Shown: positions 1-9,656 of the stretch, piece by piece
How the letters are laid out: every line of letters begins with the position of its first letter
How positions within the stretch are numbered: position 1 is the first letter of the stretch
NCBI GenBank assembly: GCA_963662435.1
Contig: OY759598.1
Coordinates: 2,946,507-3,010,506 of the forward strand
Reading direction: 5' to 3'
Source: Dehalococcoidia bacterium
GTDB lineage: Bacteria; Chloroflexota; Dehalococcoidia; Lucifugimonadales; VXLM01
Length of the DNA stretch: 64,000 nucleotides
Made by a program: the position numbers and the translations under genes
Notes under the pieces: generated by a model
What the model was told of the DNA's origin: nothing
What the model saw: the letters and a program-made list of their open reading frames with translations, nothing else
The model's database searches: none

Positions 1-5
1 TCTCA

Positions 6-263
6 TTGACTGAACAATGCTCACAGATTCTGAGGCGTAAGCTCCATAACGCTGAGTCTACTGGAGCGCCCTACATTGATGTTCGGGCTGCCGACTTGCA
101 CAAGGAAGTATGGGGGCCAGGCAGTTATCCTGGTACTTCACACAGAATGCCTACAGTCTGCAGTGCCATGGATAGGCTCAAGCAAGACGGAGACGAGTAC
201 ATTTATCGACCTCCTAGCGGCAAGGGAGCGAAACTGCGTATACGATACCGGTTGCCCCGGTGA
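6..263 (+). CDS. Small hypothetical protein (possibly 5'-truncated by the window edge)
   Basis: 85-aa ORF with protein-like composition (HRMPTVCSAM...PPSGKGAKLRIRYRLPR); lower GC than neighbours; no function recognised. Confidence 0.5.
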   Translation: MTEQCSQILRRKLHNAESTGAPYIDVRAADLHKEVWGPGSYPGTSHRMPTVCSAMDRLKQDGDEYIYRPPSGKGAKLRIRYRLPR

Positions 264-306
264 TTCAAGCTTCGTCTAGGCAACAAGTGAGAAGTTGCCG
301 ACTCAG

Positions 307-1488
307 CTACGAGTCAGCAGTTTCGGTTTTCGCCGCCGTCACCTTCAGCGTCTTCAGGCGCCTTCCGACGGTTGAGACGACCTCGATGGTGAGGCTGTCG
401 TAGGTCACCGTCTCGCCTATGGTGGGAATCTTGCCGAGGCGCTGGTACACCAGTCCCCCCAGCGTATCGAAGCCGTCTGCCTCCACGACCACGTCGAGGC
501 GGTCGCGGAGATCGTCCAGGCTCGCGCGGGCGTCCATGATGTACTCGTTCTCAGCGACCTGCTCGATCTCCGGCTCGCCGGAGTCGAACTCGTCCTGGAT
601 CTCACCGACGATCTCCTCCAGCAGGTCTTCGATGGTGACGATACCCTCTGCCCCGCCGTACTCATCGATGACGATCGCTATGTGGACGCGAGTCTCCTGG
701 AACTCGGTGAGCAACTCTTCGAGGGTCTTGGTCTCCGGGATGAAGATTGGCTCCCTGAGCATCTCGTCCGTAAGCATGGTGGAATCATCCGACGGATCAT
801 TGAGGATCTTCAGCAGGTCTCTCGCGTAGACCAGCCCCTCGATATGGTCGAGGGCCTCCCGGTAGACCGGCAGACGGCTGTGTCCCGACTCGATCATACG
901 GTCGACGACGTCTGAGATCGGAGTGCCTATTTCGACCGCCTCAACATCGACACGCGGCACCATGATTTCGCGTGCAATGGTCGTGTCCAATTCCACGACG
1001 CCGCGGATCATCCGCATCTCAAACTCTTCGAGTGGCTCGCCATCATTGTCGACCGCCATGTTCAAGTCGGCTGCGAGAACGTCGCCGGGCGAGTTCGCTC
1101 CTGCTGCACCATTGCCGTTTGCATCGACGCTCGTGCGACTCAGGACAAATTGCAGGACGCCTACGAGCACGAGACCCAAGAGGGCCATTAACGTTACCGC
1201 AAACCAGTTACCGTTCCACAGGAGGATGGCGAACGACGCGCTCGATACGACGGCGGCCGCAACGGCGACGTACTTGATGATGGTCAGGCCAACTGCCGCG
1301 CCCATGGGAAGACGATCAAGCATTCGAAGAATCGGTGAGCGAGGCGAGCGGGGCGCAACAGCCTGTTGGACACGTTCGAGGCGTTCCACGGCGGCAAGGC
1401 CGACCTCGGCGCGAACCGCGAGCGCGTATACGGCCAGTGAGAGCGCCACGAAGGCGAGCGGTATTAAGCTGCTACTGTCAGGGTCCAC
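307..1488 (-). CDS. Hemolysin/CorC-HlyC family CBS-domain membrane protein
   Basis: N-terminal TM helices, [46 protein letters not shown]-terminal CorC domain (FDTLGGLV...LGKIP). Confidence 0.92.
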   Translation of the reverse strand: MDPDSSSLIPLAFVALSLAVYALAVRAEVGLAAVERLERVQQAVAPRSPRSPILRMLDRLPMGAAVGLTIIKYVAVAAAVVSSASFAILLWNGNWFAVTLMALLGLVLVGVLQFVLSRTSVDANGNGAAGANSPGDVLAADLNMAVDNDGEPLEEFEMRMIRGVVELDTTIAREIMVPRVDVEAVEIGTPISDVVDRMIESGHSRLPVYREALDHIEGLVYARDLLKILNDPSDDSTMLTDEMLREPIFIPETKTLEELLTEFQETRVHIAIVIDEYGGAEGIVTIEDLLEEIVGEIQDEFDSGEPEIEQVAENEYIMDARASLDDLRDRLDVVVEADGFDTLGGLVYQRLGKIPTIGETVTYDSLTIEVVSTVGRRLKTLKVTAAKTETADS

Positions 1489-1506
1489 TGTTCTCGACTC
1501 TTCGTC

Positions 1507-2883
1507 CTATGAAGAGTCTTCTCCTCCGTCGCTGCTGCGTTTCTTCTTCTTGTCCAAGATTCTCGCGGGCACGCCGACCGCCATGGCGTCCGGCGGTACG
1601 TCCTTCGTCACGACTGCTCCCGCCGCAGTCTGTGCGCCGTCCCCTATCTCAACGGGAGCTACCAACATGGTATCGCATCCGATGAATGCCCCGTCGCCGA
1701 TGCGGGTGGTCTGCTTGCTGTCGCCGTCGTAGTTCACCGTCACGGTACCCGCCCCGATGTTTACGTCATCGCCAACCTCGGCGTCGCCAAGGTAGCTGAA
1801 ATGGGCTGACTTCGAGTTCCTGCCCACTGTGCTCCGGTTCACCTCAGCGAAGTTGCCGAGAACGGCTCCCTCCGCGATGCGAGAGCCCGGCCTGATGTGC
1901 GTATAGGGCCCGACGCTCACGCGGGACTCCAGCTTCGAACCTTCGACGACCGACGACCACACTCGACACTCACTGCCAATCTGGGCGCCGTCTATGATCG
2001 TGTTCGGGCCAATCACACAACGCTCGGCGACGCTCGTCGCCCCCGTGATGTGTGTGTTGGGCAGGACGGTCGTGTCTTGGCCCAGCGACACGTTGGCGTC
2101 GATGTACACGGTCTCCGGAGCGGGCATGGTCACGCCGTTCCTCATCCAGTGGAGCCGGATCCTTTCCCGAAGGTGGGACTCGGCTTCCGAAAGTTGCACC
2201 CGGTCATTGATGCCGAGCGCCTCCGCAGGGTCGGCGACCTCGATTGAGCCGGGCGGCCTTCCCTGCTCCACGGCCATGCCGATGACGGCAGGCAGGTAGT
2301 ATTCGCCGCTGTCCGACGGCTCCACGCCATCCAGGGCTTCCCAAAGCCACGGCCCGTTGAAGCAGTAGGACCCGACGTTGACTTCGCCAATTGTCTTCAC
2401 CTGCTCGTCTGCGTCCTGGTCTTCGACGATCTCCGCTATCGCGCCCGACGAATCCCGGACAACCCTGCCGAGCCCGGAAATGTCGCAATGCGCCGTGAGA
2501 AGCGTAGCGCTTGCGTCTATCGACTCATGACAATCCACGAGACTGCGGAGCGTCTCGGGACGAACGAGCGGGACATCGCCGTTCAGCACTGCCACCGTCT
2601 CGACATCCCGGAGTAGCTCCTTGGCCTGGAGGACGGCGTGCCCGGTGCCCAGCATCTCCGCTTGAATGGCGTACTCGACGGTGTCGCCAAGCAGGTGACG
2701 TACGGGGGCGTCATTAGAAGGGGAGACGATGACGACGATGCTCTCGTACCCGGCCACCTTCGCGGAGTCCACGACGTGACGCACAAGCTCCTTCCCGCAG
2801 ATCTTGTGAAGGACCTTGGAGAGCCCCGACCTCATGCGGACGCCCTTGCCGGCGGCGAGAATAACTGCGGCCTTAGTAGACAT
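1507..2883 (-). CDS. glmU: Bifunctional UDP-GlcNAc pyrophosphorylase / glucosamine-1-phosphate N-acetyltransferase
   Basis: ILAAGKG.RM.S motif, LGTGHAV, GDVPL, GINDRVQL, hexapeptide repeats, HFSYLGDA, NIGAGTVTVNYDG; start placed at ATG 2883 (MSTKAAVILAAG). Confidence 0.97.
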   Translation of the reverse strand: MSTKAAVILAAGKGVRMRSGLSKVLHKICGKELVRHVVDSAKVAGYESIVVIVSPSNDAPVRHLLGDTVEYAIQAEMLGTGHAVLQAKELLRDVETVAVLNGDVPLVRPETLRSLVDCHESIDASATLLTAHCDISGLGRVVRDSSGAIAEIVEDQDADEQVKTIGEVNVGSYCFNGPWLWEALDGVEPSDSGEYYLPAVIGMAVEQGRPPGSIEVADPAEALGINDRVQLSEAESHLRERIRLHWMRNGVTMPAPETVYIDANVSLGQDTTVLPNTHITGATSVAERCVIGPNTIIDGAQIGSECRVWSSVVEGSKLESRVSVGPYTHIRPGSRIAEGAVLGNFAEVNRSTVGRNSKSAHFSYLGDAEVGDDVNIGAGTVTVNYDGDSKQTTRIGDGAFIGCDTMLVAPVEIGDGAQTAAGAVVTKDVPPDAMAVGVPARILDKKKKRSSDGGEDSS

Positions 2884-3104
2884 CGCCCTTAGAAACGACA
2901 AACGCCCGACGCGCAACCGAGATATTGCGCCAGGCGTGATTCGCGGATATGGTCTTGCGTCTGTCCTCTTCGTCGTCCACCGTTTCGGCCATGCTACCAC
3001 CGCGCGCTAAGAGGGGTCAACCGGATTCAGATTCGGATCAAGAACAGCGAACCTCAGCCCCGAAGTCGAAACGCCCTACAAGCTGGTGAGTGGCCAGGTG
3101 ACCG

Positions 3105-3512
3105 CTACTCCTCTTTACCACCCTCGCCCTTGCCGGGGCCAAGCTCAGCACGTGTTTTACCTTCCGGGAGTATGAGCATAACGCCCCCCAACAGGATGCT
3201 TCCGATAATTAAGACCACGGCGATCTCTCCCAGTACGGCGGATATCGGTATCGACAAGGCGAGGCAGACCGCAGTGTAGCCGATGACGACTCGGATGCGC
3301 CCATTGGACGGACTCGCAAAGCGGGGTCGTCCAGGTAGGCTTTGCAATTCCTCGTTCACTCTCGCCTCCACGCGGGCGTCGATAGTATCCTGCACCCGTT
3401 CCAGGAACGACTCGAGGACCTCGTCCTCGTGGTCTAGACCAAGCTCCTGCCGGGCCTTGACGGCCACTCTAATCTCTTCGTCGACATCTACGGAAGTGTC
3501 TTGCTGTCGCAT
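3105..3512 (-). CDS. Hypothetical membrane protein
   Basis: ARQELG..HEDEVLESFLERV helical N-terminus plus two C-terminal TM segments. Confidence 0.7.
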   Translation of the reverse strand: MRQQDTSVDVDEEIRVAVKARQELGLDHEDEVLESFLERVQDTIDARVEARVNEELQSLPGRPRFASPSNGRIRVVIGYTAVCLALSIPISAVLGEIAVVLIIGSILLGGVMLILPEGKTRAELGPGKGEGGKEE

Positions 3513-3620
3513 CTGCGTCCTTCCCCTCGTTCATCATGGCGTGGCGCAATTCGGCGTGGCGTAATTGCGCTAGCATAGAAGCATATTCGGGGCGCGCTGT
3601 CAATGACGGTAGCCATTCCA

Positions 3621-4205
3621 TCAGCTCTGAGATCCCTCCACGGTGACGTCCACGACAATCGAGTCAACATTCCTCTCCGGCAGCGTTAGCACGACATATG
3701 ACGGCAGGCCCAACCCCCGCCAGAAACTCATCTCTTGGACACCGGCGAAACTCGCCACGTACAGCGTCAAGACCGTTCCGTGAGTCACTACTATGTTGTC
3801 TGCCTGCCCAGCACCAATCACCCTATCGAGGGCATGAGCAAACCTATCGCGAGCCTGTCCTGCCGACTCCGTTCCGAACACCTGTCGGGCAGGGTTAGTC
3901 AACAACCTCTCGACTGCCGATTCAAAGGCCTCTCGCTCGTCCCAGAAGGGGACGTTATCCCTGTGATGTTCCTCCAGCCCATCTGCGACCTCCACCGGGA
4001 CGCCGAATTCGTTGGCGACTATCTCCGCGGTTTCCACGGCTTTGGGTTCCCGGCTTGACCAGATTAATTTGGGGCTGAACTCTGAAAGCCTGGCCGCCAG
4101 CAACGTGGCTCGACACCGCCCAGCCTCGCCCAGCTTCCATGCGGACGCAGGTTTTTCGCGCTCAATCTCTGGCATAGAATGCTTCACCAACACGAGTCTG
4201 CGCAT
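3621..4205 (-). CDS. Histidine phosphatase (phosphoglycerate mutase-like) family protein
   Basis: LVLVKHS (RHG-variant), L...G, SS.E.KA.ETA, GES, VVTHG. Confidence 0.88.
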   Translation of the reverse strand: MRRLVLVKHSMPEIEREKPASAWKLGEAGRCRATLLAARLSEFSPKLIWSSREPKAVETAEIVANEFGVPVEVADGLEEHHRDNVPFWDEREAFESAVERLLTNPARQVFGTESAGQARDRFAHALDRVIGAGQADNIVVTHGTVLTLYVASFAGVQEMSFWRGLGLPSYVVLTLPERNVDSIVVDVTVEGSQS

Positions 4206-4215
4206 GGGGTTCTCG

Positions 4216-5016
4216 TTAAGCCAAATTGGGAGAGGGGTGTCCCCAAGTGATGGTCGTCGTCACATCGAAAGTGAGCATATCCTCGACTCCAAAGGGAGTT
4301 ACCAGTTCTCGAACGGCAGCATCGAACTCGGCGGCGGACCGCGCGTCCATGCGCTGTCTGGAAAAGCCGTTGCGAGCGTGGAACATCTCAACGTACCGAT
4401 CGACACTCATTCGGTATTCCTGTGGGGCCGTGCGACTCCTACCGACGACCGAAAAGAGACTTCGGCGTTCAAGCTCTTCGAACAGATCGAACGACTCGTA
4501 GTCCTTGTTCGTCGAGTATGTGGGGATGATCTTGCTGAGTTCGTCGTTCCAAAGTGTTGTGTCCATCCCACGACCGCCAACGATCGCGAGGTAGCCCCGG
4601 TCGGATAGCGCTCCATCCATGCGAGGCAACACCTTGTGCCAGTCCATCCAGTGGAGGCTCGCCCCCGCTACGATGAGGCTGTAGCGGGTATCGAATGGGA
4701 ACTCCTCCGCGCTCTCGCATTCCCACCTGATGTTCGCTCGGTCTCCGCCTTCGCGGGCCTTGCCTATCTCGATCATGGCCGCTGATTGGTCCACTGCTTC
4801 AACTCGCTCCACAAGCGGCGCCAGCGGCCGCGCCACGTCACCCGTCCCGCAGCCCATGTCCAGCACAATTCTCGGTTCGTCCCGTATCAGGCTATTGAGC
4901 ACCTCGAAGACTTCCGCCGGATAGGGCGGATAGTTGACGTAGGCATCAGCCACGCTCTCGTCATTGAACTGGTCGGCGTATTCCGGCCCTAGGTGCTTCG
5001 GCTTTGGGATGGTCAT
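4216..5016 (-). CDS. Class I SAM-dependent methyltransferase
   Basis: VLDMGCGTG motif I, AVDQSAAM, SLHWMD; start placed at MTIPKP. Confidence 0.92.
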   Translation of the reverse strand: MTIPKPKHLGPEYADQFNDESVADAYVNYPPYPAEVFEVLNSLIRDEPRIVLDMGCGTGDVARPLAPLVERVEAVDQSAAMIEIGKAREGGDRANIRWECESAEEFPFDTRYSLIVAGASLHWMDWHKVLPRMDGALSDRGYLAIVGGRGMDTTLWNDELSKIIPTYSTNKDYESFDLFEELERRSLFSVVGRSRTAPQEYRMSVDRYVEMFHARNGFSRQRMDARSAAEFDAAVRELVTPFGVEDMLTFDVTTTITWGHPSPNLA

Positions 5017-5209
5017 GAGGAGGCTCCTTTCTGAGCACCTGTTCATACGACGAACACGGCCTTAATCTGCGCATCGAATGGTCCGCGACCGAAGCGACTT
5101 CATCACTATCGTGCCCTAGTTTATTACGACCACGATGGCCTTTGTTGCTCATATATGGATGCGTAGGGTTGCGAGGAAGAGCAGTTGGAAGGAGTTTCGC
5201 TATAATCCG

Positions 5210-6211
5210 CTATCCGCCAAGCCCCCTCATCAGCCAAGGATCACCCCTCTCGAGAGGAACGCATACTGTCTCGAAGCGCTCTTCGATTCCTTGACGCAGC
5301 GCCTCCGGTACGACCACCTCCATAACTCTCGCGCCCATCGATTGTGCCTCCCGCCCGGCAACCGAAACTAGGTCAGAGACATACCCGACGTCAGATGCGA
5401 GGGCGGGATCGATCCAGACATCGACCCATGCCGACTGGGGGTCTAGCCAAGTCCGGACGGTCAAGAGGACGTTGGCTGCGGGCCCGTCGCGCAAGGTAAC
5501 CCTTCGCCCTGAGAACCTAACATTCGTGGGGTAGTCCGACGCATCCGGCGCCAAGACCGGACGCCAGAGGTAACGCCAGCGGTATGAGGCCGACTCGCGA
5601 TGGTTGAGTGCCAGCAGGTGTGCGGCCTCCCTGTCGTAGTCTCCGCTGAGTGGGTGTTCCTCAAGTTCCGGTGCATCGATGCGGTCCAACTCTTGGATCG
5701 TCAGCCAAGCGTTCCTCCACCGCTCAACGTACCCGCGCCGGGCGAGGACCTCCCAGCTTCCGCCTGATCCTACGGGCCGGCACCAGAACCTGTCGAAGCC
5801 ACGGGCGCGGGCGCGGGACTCGCACTGCTCCAGAACCCACTCCTCTATCTCGTCATCCAGGAGGTCGGTGCTCAGTGTGAGAAATTCCAGGTGAGCGTAC
5901 CGTCCGAACGGTTCAGGTTCCTTCGCATAGCAAATCTCGACGCTCCCCACGATCTTCTGATCGTTGCGCTCCACTACCCAGCAGTCCCATCCCAGGTCGA
6001 GGTACGCTTGGACGTGACGGGAGCAGTAGCACTCGTGCATCCACGGCCCACCTGCTCTGAACCATGCCGTGGGAGAGTCGTCGCCTGGTCCGCTCCCGCA
6101 CAGCGCTTCGCGGTGTAACGCGACGATTCCGGGCACGTCGTCCAATGTGGCCGGGCGCAGTGACAGGCGTTCTTCACGCCATTCGTAAACACTAGAGAAG
6201 GAAGAGGACAT
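5210..6211 (-). CDS. GNAT-fold N-acetyltransferase-like protein
   Basis: LRPATLDDVPGIVAL, WVVE...IVG, ARARGF...RRGY pattern; C-terminal half is possibly a second degenerate GNAT domain. Confidence 0.7.
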   Translation of the reverse strand: MSSSFSSVYEWREERLSLRPATLDDVPGIVALHREALCGSGPGDDSPTAWFRAGGPWMHECYCSRHVQAYLDLGWDCWVVERNDQKIVGSVEICYAKEPEPFGRYAHLEFLTLSTDLLDDEIEEWVLEQCESRARARGFDRFWCRPVGSGGSWEVLARRGYVERWRNAWLTIQELDRIDAPELEEHPLSGDYDREAAHLLALNHRESASYRWRYLWRPVLAPDASDYPTNVRFSGRRVTLRDGPAANVLLTVRTWLDPQSAWVDVWIDPALASDVGYVSDLVSVAGREAQSMGARVMEVVVPEALRQGIEERFETVCVPLERGDPWLMRGLGG

Positions 6212-6276
6212 GTGGCGCTCTCAGGCGTTACGCTACCAGGTACCCAGGCAGCGAGTTACTTCGTGCCCAGGACACC

Positions 6277-7062
6277 CTACGCCGCGACGATCTTGCTCAC
6301 CACGAAGATTGCGGCGTACGGCGCGGTGTCGGTGCCGGGGTACGGGTTCAACTCACGCATCGAGAACACGTACTGCCCGATGCCCTGCGCCGAACCGCCG
6401 ACGGCGCGCTGATCGAGAACGAACTCGTGCATGCCAAGGGGTCGTTCCCCTGCGACTACGTCGACGCGCACCTTAGCAAGTCCTGAAACGACGCAGTTTG
6501 TGGCTGCGGGGCACCGCGAGTCCTCGGACACGTCGATAAACGTGATCCTGAGGCCCTCGTCGCCAAATACGGCCTCCTGCCCAATGTTCAACTCGAATGG
6601 GGAGTCGAGGAGTGCGGTGACAGGGTCGCTCGACCCGTCTTCTGCCGCAGTGGTGCGGGCGATTGGATGCTGCGTAATCACGTCCCAGATGCTGTCTATT
6701 TCGGCTGAGGCAACGAGACCGTCCTCGATGGATATGACCGCCTCGTGTGGCGTCACAGCGGCCCCGAGGGGAAGGTCGGTCCTGTCGCCATAACCGGGAT
6801 GCGAGCTATCAAACCCGAAGGTGAATGCCACACACGTCTCACATTCGCCGTCCACCCGTTCCCGCAGTTCCACGCTCTCCGGAAGTCCGTCGAACCGGAA
6901 GGTCGGGCTGTTGCGCAGGAAGCTCTCAGCCAATCGCCGGTCGACCTCGTCTTCTGCGTCGTCCGATGAGCATGCCGCGAACGCGGGCACGGCCAAGATC
7001 AATATGGCCAGTCCTACGACCGCGCGCTTGACGCTCAAGCTTGGTTCTCTATAATGCAACAT
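6277..7062 (-). CDS. Hypothetical lipoprotein (start uncertain)
   Basis: Lipobox-like AFAAC after a hydrophobic stretch; SPTFRFDG domain; C-terminal DSRCP...C..G domain. Confidence 0.7.
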   Translation of the reverse strand: MLHYREPSLSVKRAVVGLAILILAVPAFAACSSDDAEDEVDRRLAESFLRNSPTFRFDGLPESVELRERVDGECETCVAFTFGFDSSHPGYGDRTDLPLGAAVTPHEAVISIEDGLVASAEIDSIWDVITQHPIARTTAAEDGSSDPVTALLDSPFELNIGQEAVFGDEGLRITFIDVSEDSRCPAATNCVVSGLAKVRVDVVAGERPLGMHEFVLDQRAVGGSAQGIGQYVFSMRELNPYPGTDTAPYAAIFVVSKIVAA

Positions 7063-7153
7063 AGTCTGCGAAGCGGGCCCACGGGTTAAGTTCAGTCTTT
7101 CACACCCACGCCGCCTCGCGCAATGTCCGCGACATCGAAAGGAGCTTTCAGCA

Positions 7154-8050
7154 ATGGGTGACAAGAGCGTAGGATTCGTCGGCCTGGGGATCATGGGCAA
7201 GCCGATGGCAAGGAACCTCATGGCCGCGGGGTACTCGCTGACCGTATACGACGTGGTAGGGAGCGCCATAGAGGAACTGGTGACTGATGGGGCGACTGGC
7301 GCGTCGTCCGCGCGCGAGGCCGCGGAGGCCTCGGCCGTCACGATCACGATGGTGCCCGACTCTCCTCAGTCGGAGGCTGCCATTCTCGGCCCGGACGGCG
7401 TCCTCGAAGGGACAACCAAGGGCAACGGCATCATCGACATGAGCTCCATCGCGCCGGGGACCTCCCAGAAGATCGGCGCGGCCTGCGATGCGGCGGGCGT
7501 CGCGTTCCTCGATGCGCCCGTGAGCGGCGGTGAGCCGAAGGCCATCGACGGCACCCTCGCGATCATGGTCGGCGGGAGCCAGGAAGTCTTTGAGGCGCAC
7601 AAGGACATGCTGGAAGTCCTGGGCGGCAGCGTGGTGCTCTGCGGCGGCTACGGCGCGGGCAACACCACCAAGCTCGCGAACCAGATCATCGTCGCCATCA
7701 ACGTCGAGGCCGTCAGCGAGGCGCTCGTCCTTGCGAGGAAGGCCGGACTAGACCCGAACGTCGTCTACGAGGCCATAAAGGGCGGCCTCGCGGGCAGCAC
7801 CGTGCTCGACGCCAAGGGCAGCATGATGATCGCCGGGGACTTCAACCCTGGTTTCCGCGTCAAGCTCCACCAGAAGGACCTCAACAACGCGCTCATCACG
7901 GGCAAGGAGCTCGGCGTGCCGCTCCCGGTGACTGCATTGGTGCAGCAGATGCTCGGCTCACTCATGAACCAGGGCAAGGGCGACCATGACCATGCCGCCA
8001 TCGCCAACTTCATCGAGGACATGGCGGGGATCACCATCGCGGAGGGCTAG
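7154..8050 (+). CDS. garR: 2-hydroxy-3-oxopropionate (tartronate semialdehyde) reductase / beta-hydroxyacid dehydrogenase
   Basis: GFVGLGIMGKPMARNL, DAPVSGGEPKAIDGTL, KLANQIIVA, PGFRVKLHQKDL. Confidence 0.88.
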   Translation: MGDKSVGFVGLGIMGKPMARNLMAAGYSLTVYDVVGSAIEELVTDGATGASSAREAAEASAVTITMVPDSPQSEAAILGPDGVLEGTTKGNGIIDMSSIAPGTSQKIGAACDAAGVAFLDAPVSGGEPKAIDGTLAIMVGGSQEVFEAHKDMLEVLGGSVVLCGGYGAGNTTKLANQIIVAINVEAVSEALVLARKAGLDPNVVYEAIKGGLAGSTVLDAKGSMMIAGDFNPGFRVKLHQKDLNNALITGKELGVPLPVTALVQQMLGSLMNQGKGDHDHAAIANFIEDMAGITIAEG

Positions 8051-8059
8051 CGCCAGCGA

Positions 8060-8229
8060 TTACACCCAGGCGGAGAAGCCTTCGGCCTGAAAGTCGGCGT
8101 CGTACGCCAGCGCCGTCGTGATGCCGTATTGCTTCATGACGACAAAGCTCATGCAGTCGACGAGGCTGAGGTTTCGGCGACTTCGCTTGGTGAAGAGGTC
8201 AATTGCCCAGACGTGTCGAAGAAGATCAA
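8060..8229 (-). pseudogene. vapC: VapC/PIN toxin pseudogene (internal deletion with frameshift)
   Basis: TTG 8229 gives MIFFDTSG (PIN N-terminus), which runs out of frame into the PIN C-terminus LSLVDCMSFVVM..YGITTALAYDADF; the central portion is absent. Confidence 0.8.
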
Positions 8230-8516
8230 GCGAGAAAGTCTTCGGCAAGAGCTTCGTCGTGACGCTCAGATAGGGGGCGTGGGTCGCTGGGCTTCGACCG
8301 GCCTGAACCGATGAAGGTAAATTCCTCTACACGCGGCAGTTTCATGCTTTGGGACGCAAGCTGTCGCCGGTCGGGCAGCGATTGACCTTCGGGCCCAAGT
8401 TGCTGCTCAACTGCTTTTCTAACGAAAGCCGCGAACGAAATGCCTTCGGCGGAGGCCCTCTGTCGCGCTAGCACGTACGTAGCCTCATCCAGTCGTATTT
8501 GGGCGCGCTTCATCAT
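8226..8516 (-). CDS. vapB: Ribbon-helix-helix (CopG-like) antitoxin
   Basis: MKRAQIRLDE...GISFAAFVRKAV RHH pattern, C-terminal LSERHDEAL; stop overlaps the PIN start. Confidence 0.8.
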   Translation of the reverse strand: MMKRAQIRLDEATYVLARQRASAEGISFAAFVRKAVEQQLGPEGQSLPDRRQLASQSMKLPRVEEFTFIGSGRSKPSDPRPLSERHDEALAEDFLA

Positions 8517-8633
8517 GTTCCCGCTCCCCCGTGCGTGGTGAGCGTATTGTATCACCACGCCTCGGCGCGGCGATTCTGGCGTTTATCGATTCCGGGGCCG
8601 ACTTCAACCAACATTCGGGGATTCCCAAGCTGC

Positions 8634-9128
8634 CTATTTTGGCAGGGAGATAGTCACTTCACGTTCGACTTGGGCGTCCCTGCCCCGCGCCACGTCTACA
8701 GTAGCGACAAGGGTCCACTTAAACGTCCATGCACTGCTTGCATCGCGTTCCAAAGCTAGGGAATCCTCGAAATGGGGCGGCAGCGCGGATCCCACAACGA
8801 GGCTTGCCCTTCTGCTCGCAGAGTTACCACCGGTCAGGCTCGTCTCCTCCATGAACCGGACGCTGCTATGTACCAACTGCTCCTTGCGTTCCTGTGCCAC
8901 GTGTCTGGTCTGTCCGGAGATTACCCTATCGGTCGCATAGAAGTCCGGCACGAAAGACTCGCCTCTCTGAGTGTAATGCTCTTCGCAGACCAGTTCGAGG
9001 CGGCCACTCCTCACCTGAATGTTGGCATTGGGCCGTATCTCCACAACTGCGTCGATCGTCTCTCCCAAGGCGTAGGCCCTCGATTCAAATTCCAAGTTCA
9101 TGTCTACCGGAAGAAGTCGATTCACCAT
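8634..9128 (-). CDS. Hypothetical protein, arrestin-N/SpoOM-like beta-sandwich
   Basis: GGAGG RBS; YALGETI..VVEI, L.C.E, W.L.A.VDV.RG.D pattern. Confidence 0.6.
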   Translation of the reverse strand: MVNRLLPVDMNLEFESRAYALGETIDAVVEIRPNANIQVRSGRLELVCEEHYTQRGESFVPDFYATDRVISGQTRHVAQERKEQLVHSSVRFMEETSLTGGNSASRRASLVVGSALPPHFEDSLALERDASSAWTFKWTLVATVDVARGRDAQVEREVTISLPK

Positions 9129-9185
9129 AGTAGTCCTCCTCAAGAACCAACGATTGTCACGGCAATCGGTGCAATGTCGAACCTG

Positions 9186-9614
9186 CTACTCGCCTGCCGC
9201 CTTCAGGTCCTGGCTGATGCGCCGCGCCCACGGCGTTTCCGAGAAGCCGCCCAGCATCCCGCTGGGCAGCATGAAACGGCTCGTCGACTGGCCCCAAGGT
9301 TCCGTCTTCGGCGCCTGGACAACCTGCCAGCCACGCTCCTCGATGGCGTTCGTGGCTTCCTCGACCGAGTCCACCTCGAACTCCACGGAGAAGCCGAGCG
9401 GGATGCGGTCGACGGCGCCCTCGTTACCAAAGGTGGCTACGGCCGCTGCGCTTCGAGACCAGACGCTGAAGTGGAGCGCCCCGGATATCTCGACCGTCGC
9501 GTACCGACCGCCCGGTTGGTGCTCGACTGTCAGTCCCAACACGTCGCGGTAGAACGCCACCGCCGCATCGACATCGTCCACGACCTCGGCAATCGCCGAT
9601 ATGTGCCTGATCAC
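9186..9614 (-). CDS. VOC/glyoxalase family protein
   Basis: VDDVDAAVAFYRDVLGL, FEVDSVEE, EPWGQ. Confidence 0.9.
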   Translation of the reverse strand: MIRHISAIAEVVDDVDAAVAFYRDVLGLTVEHQPGGRYATVEISGALHFSVWSRSAAAVATFGNEGAVDRIPLGFSVEFEVDSVEEATNAIEERGWQVVQAPKTEPWGQSTSRFMLPSGMLGGFSETPWARRISQDLKAAGE

Positions 9615-9656
9615 TCGTTCCTCCCTATTAACTACGCCTGAATGCAGACCTACGCA

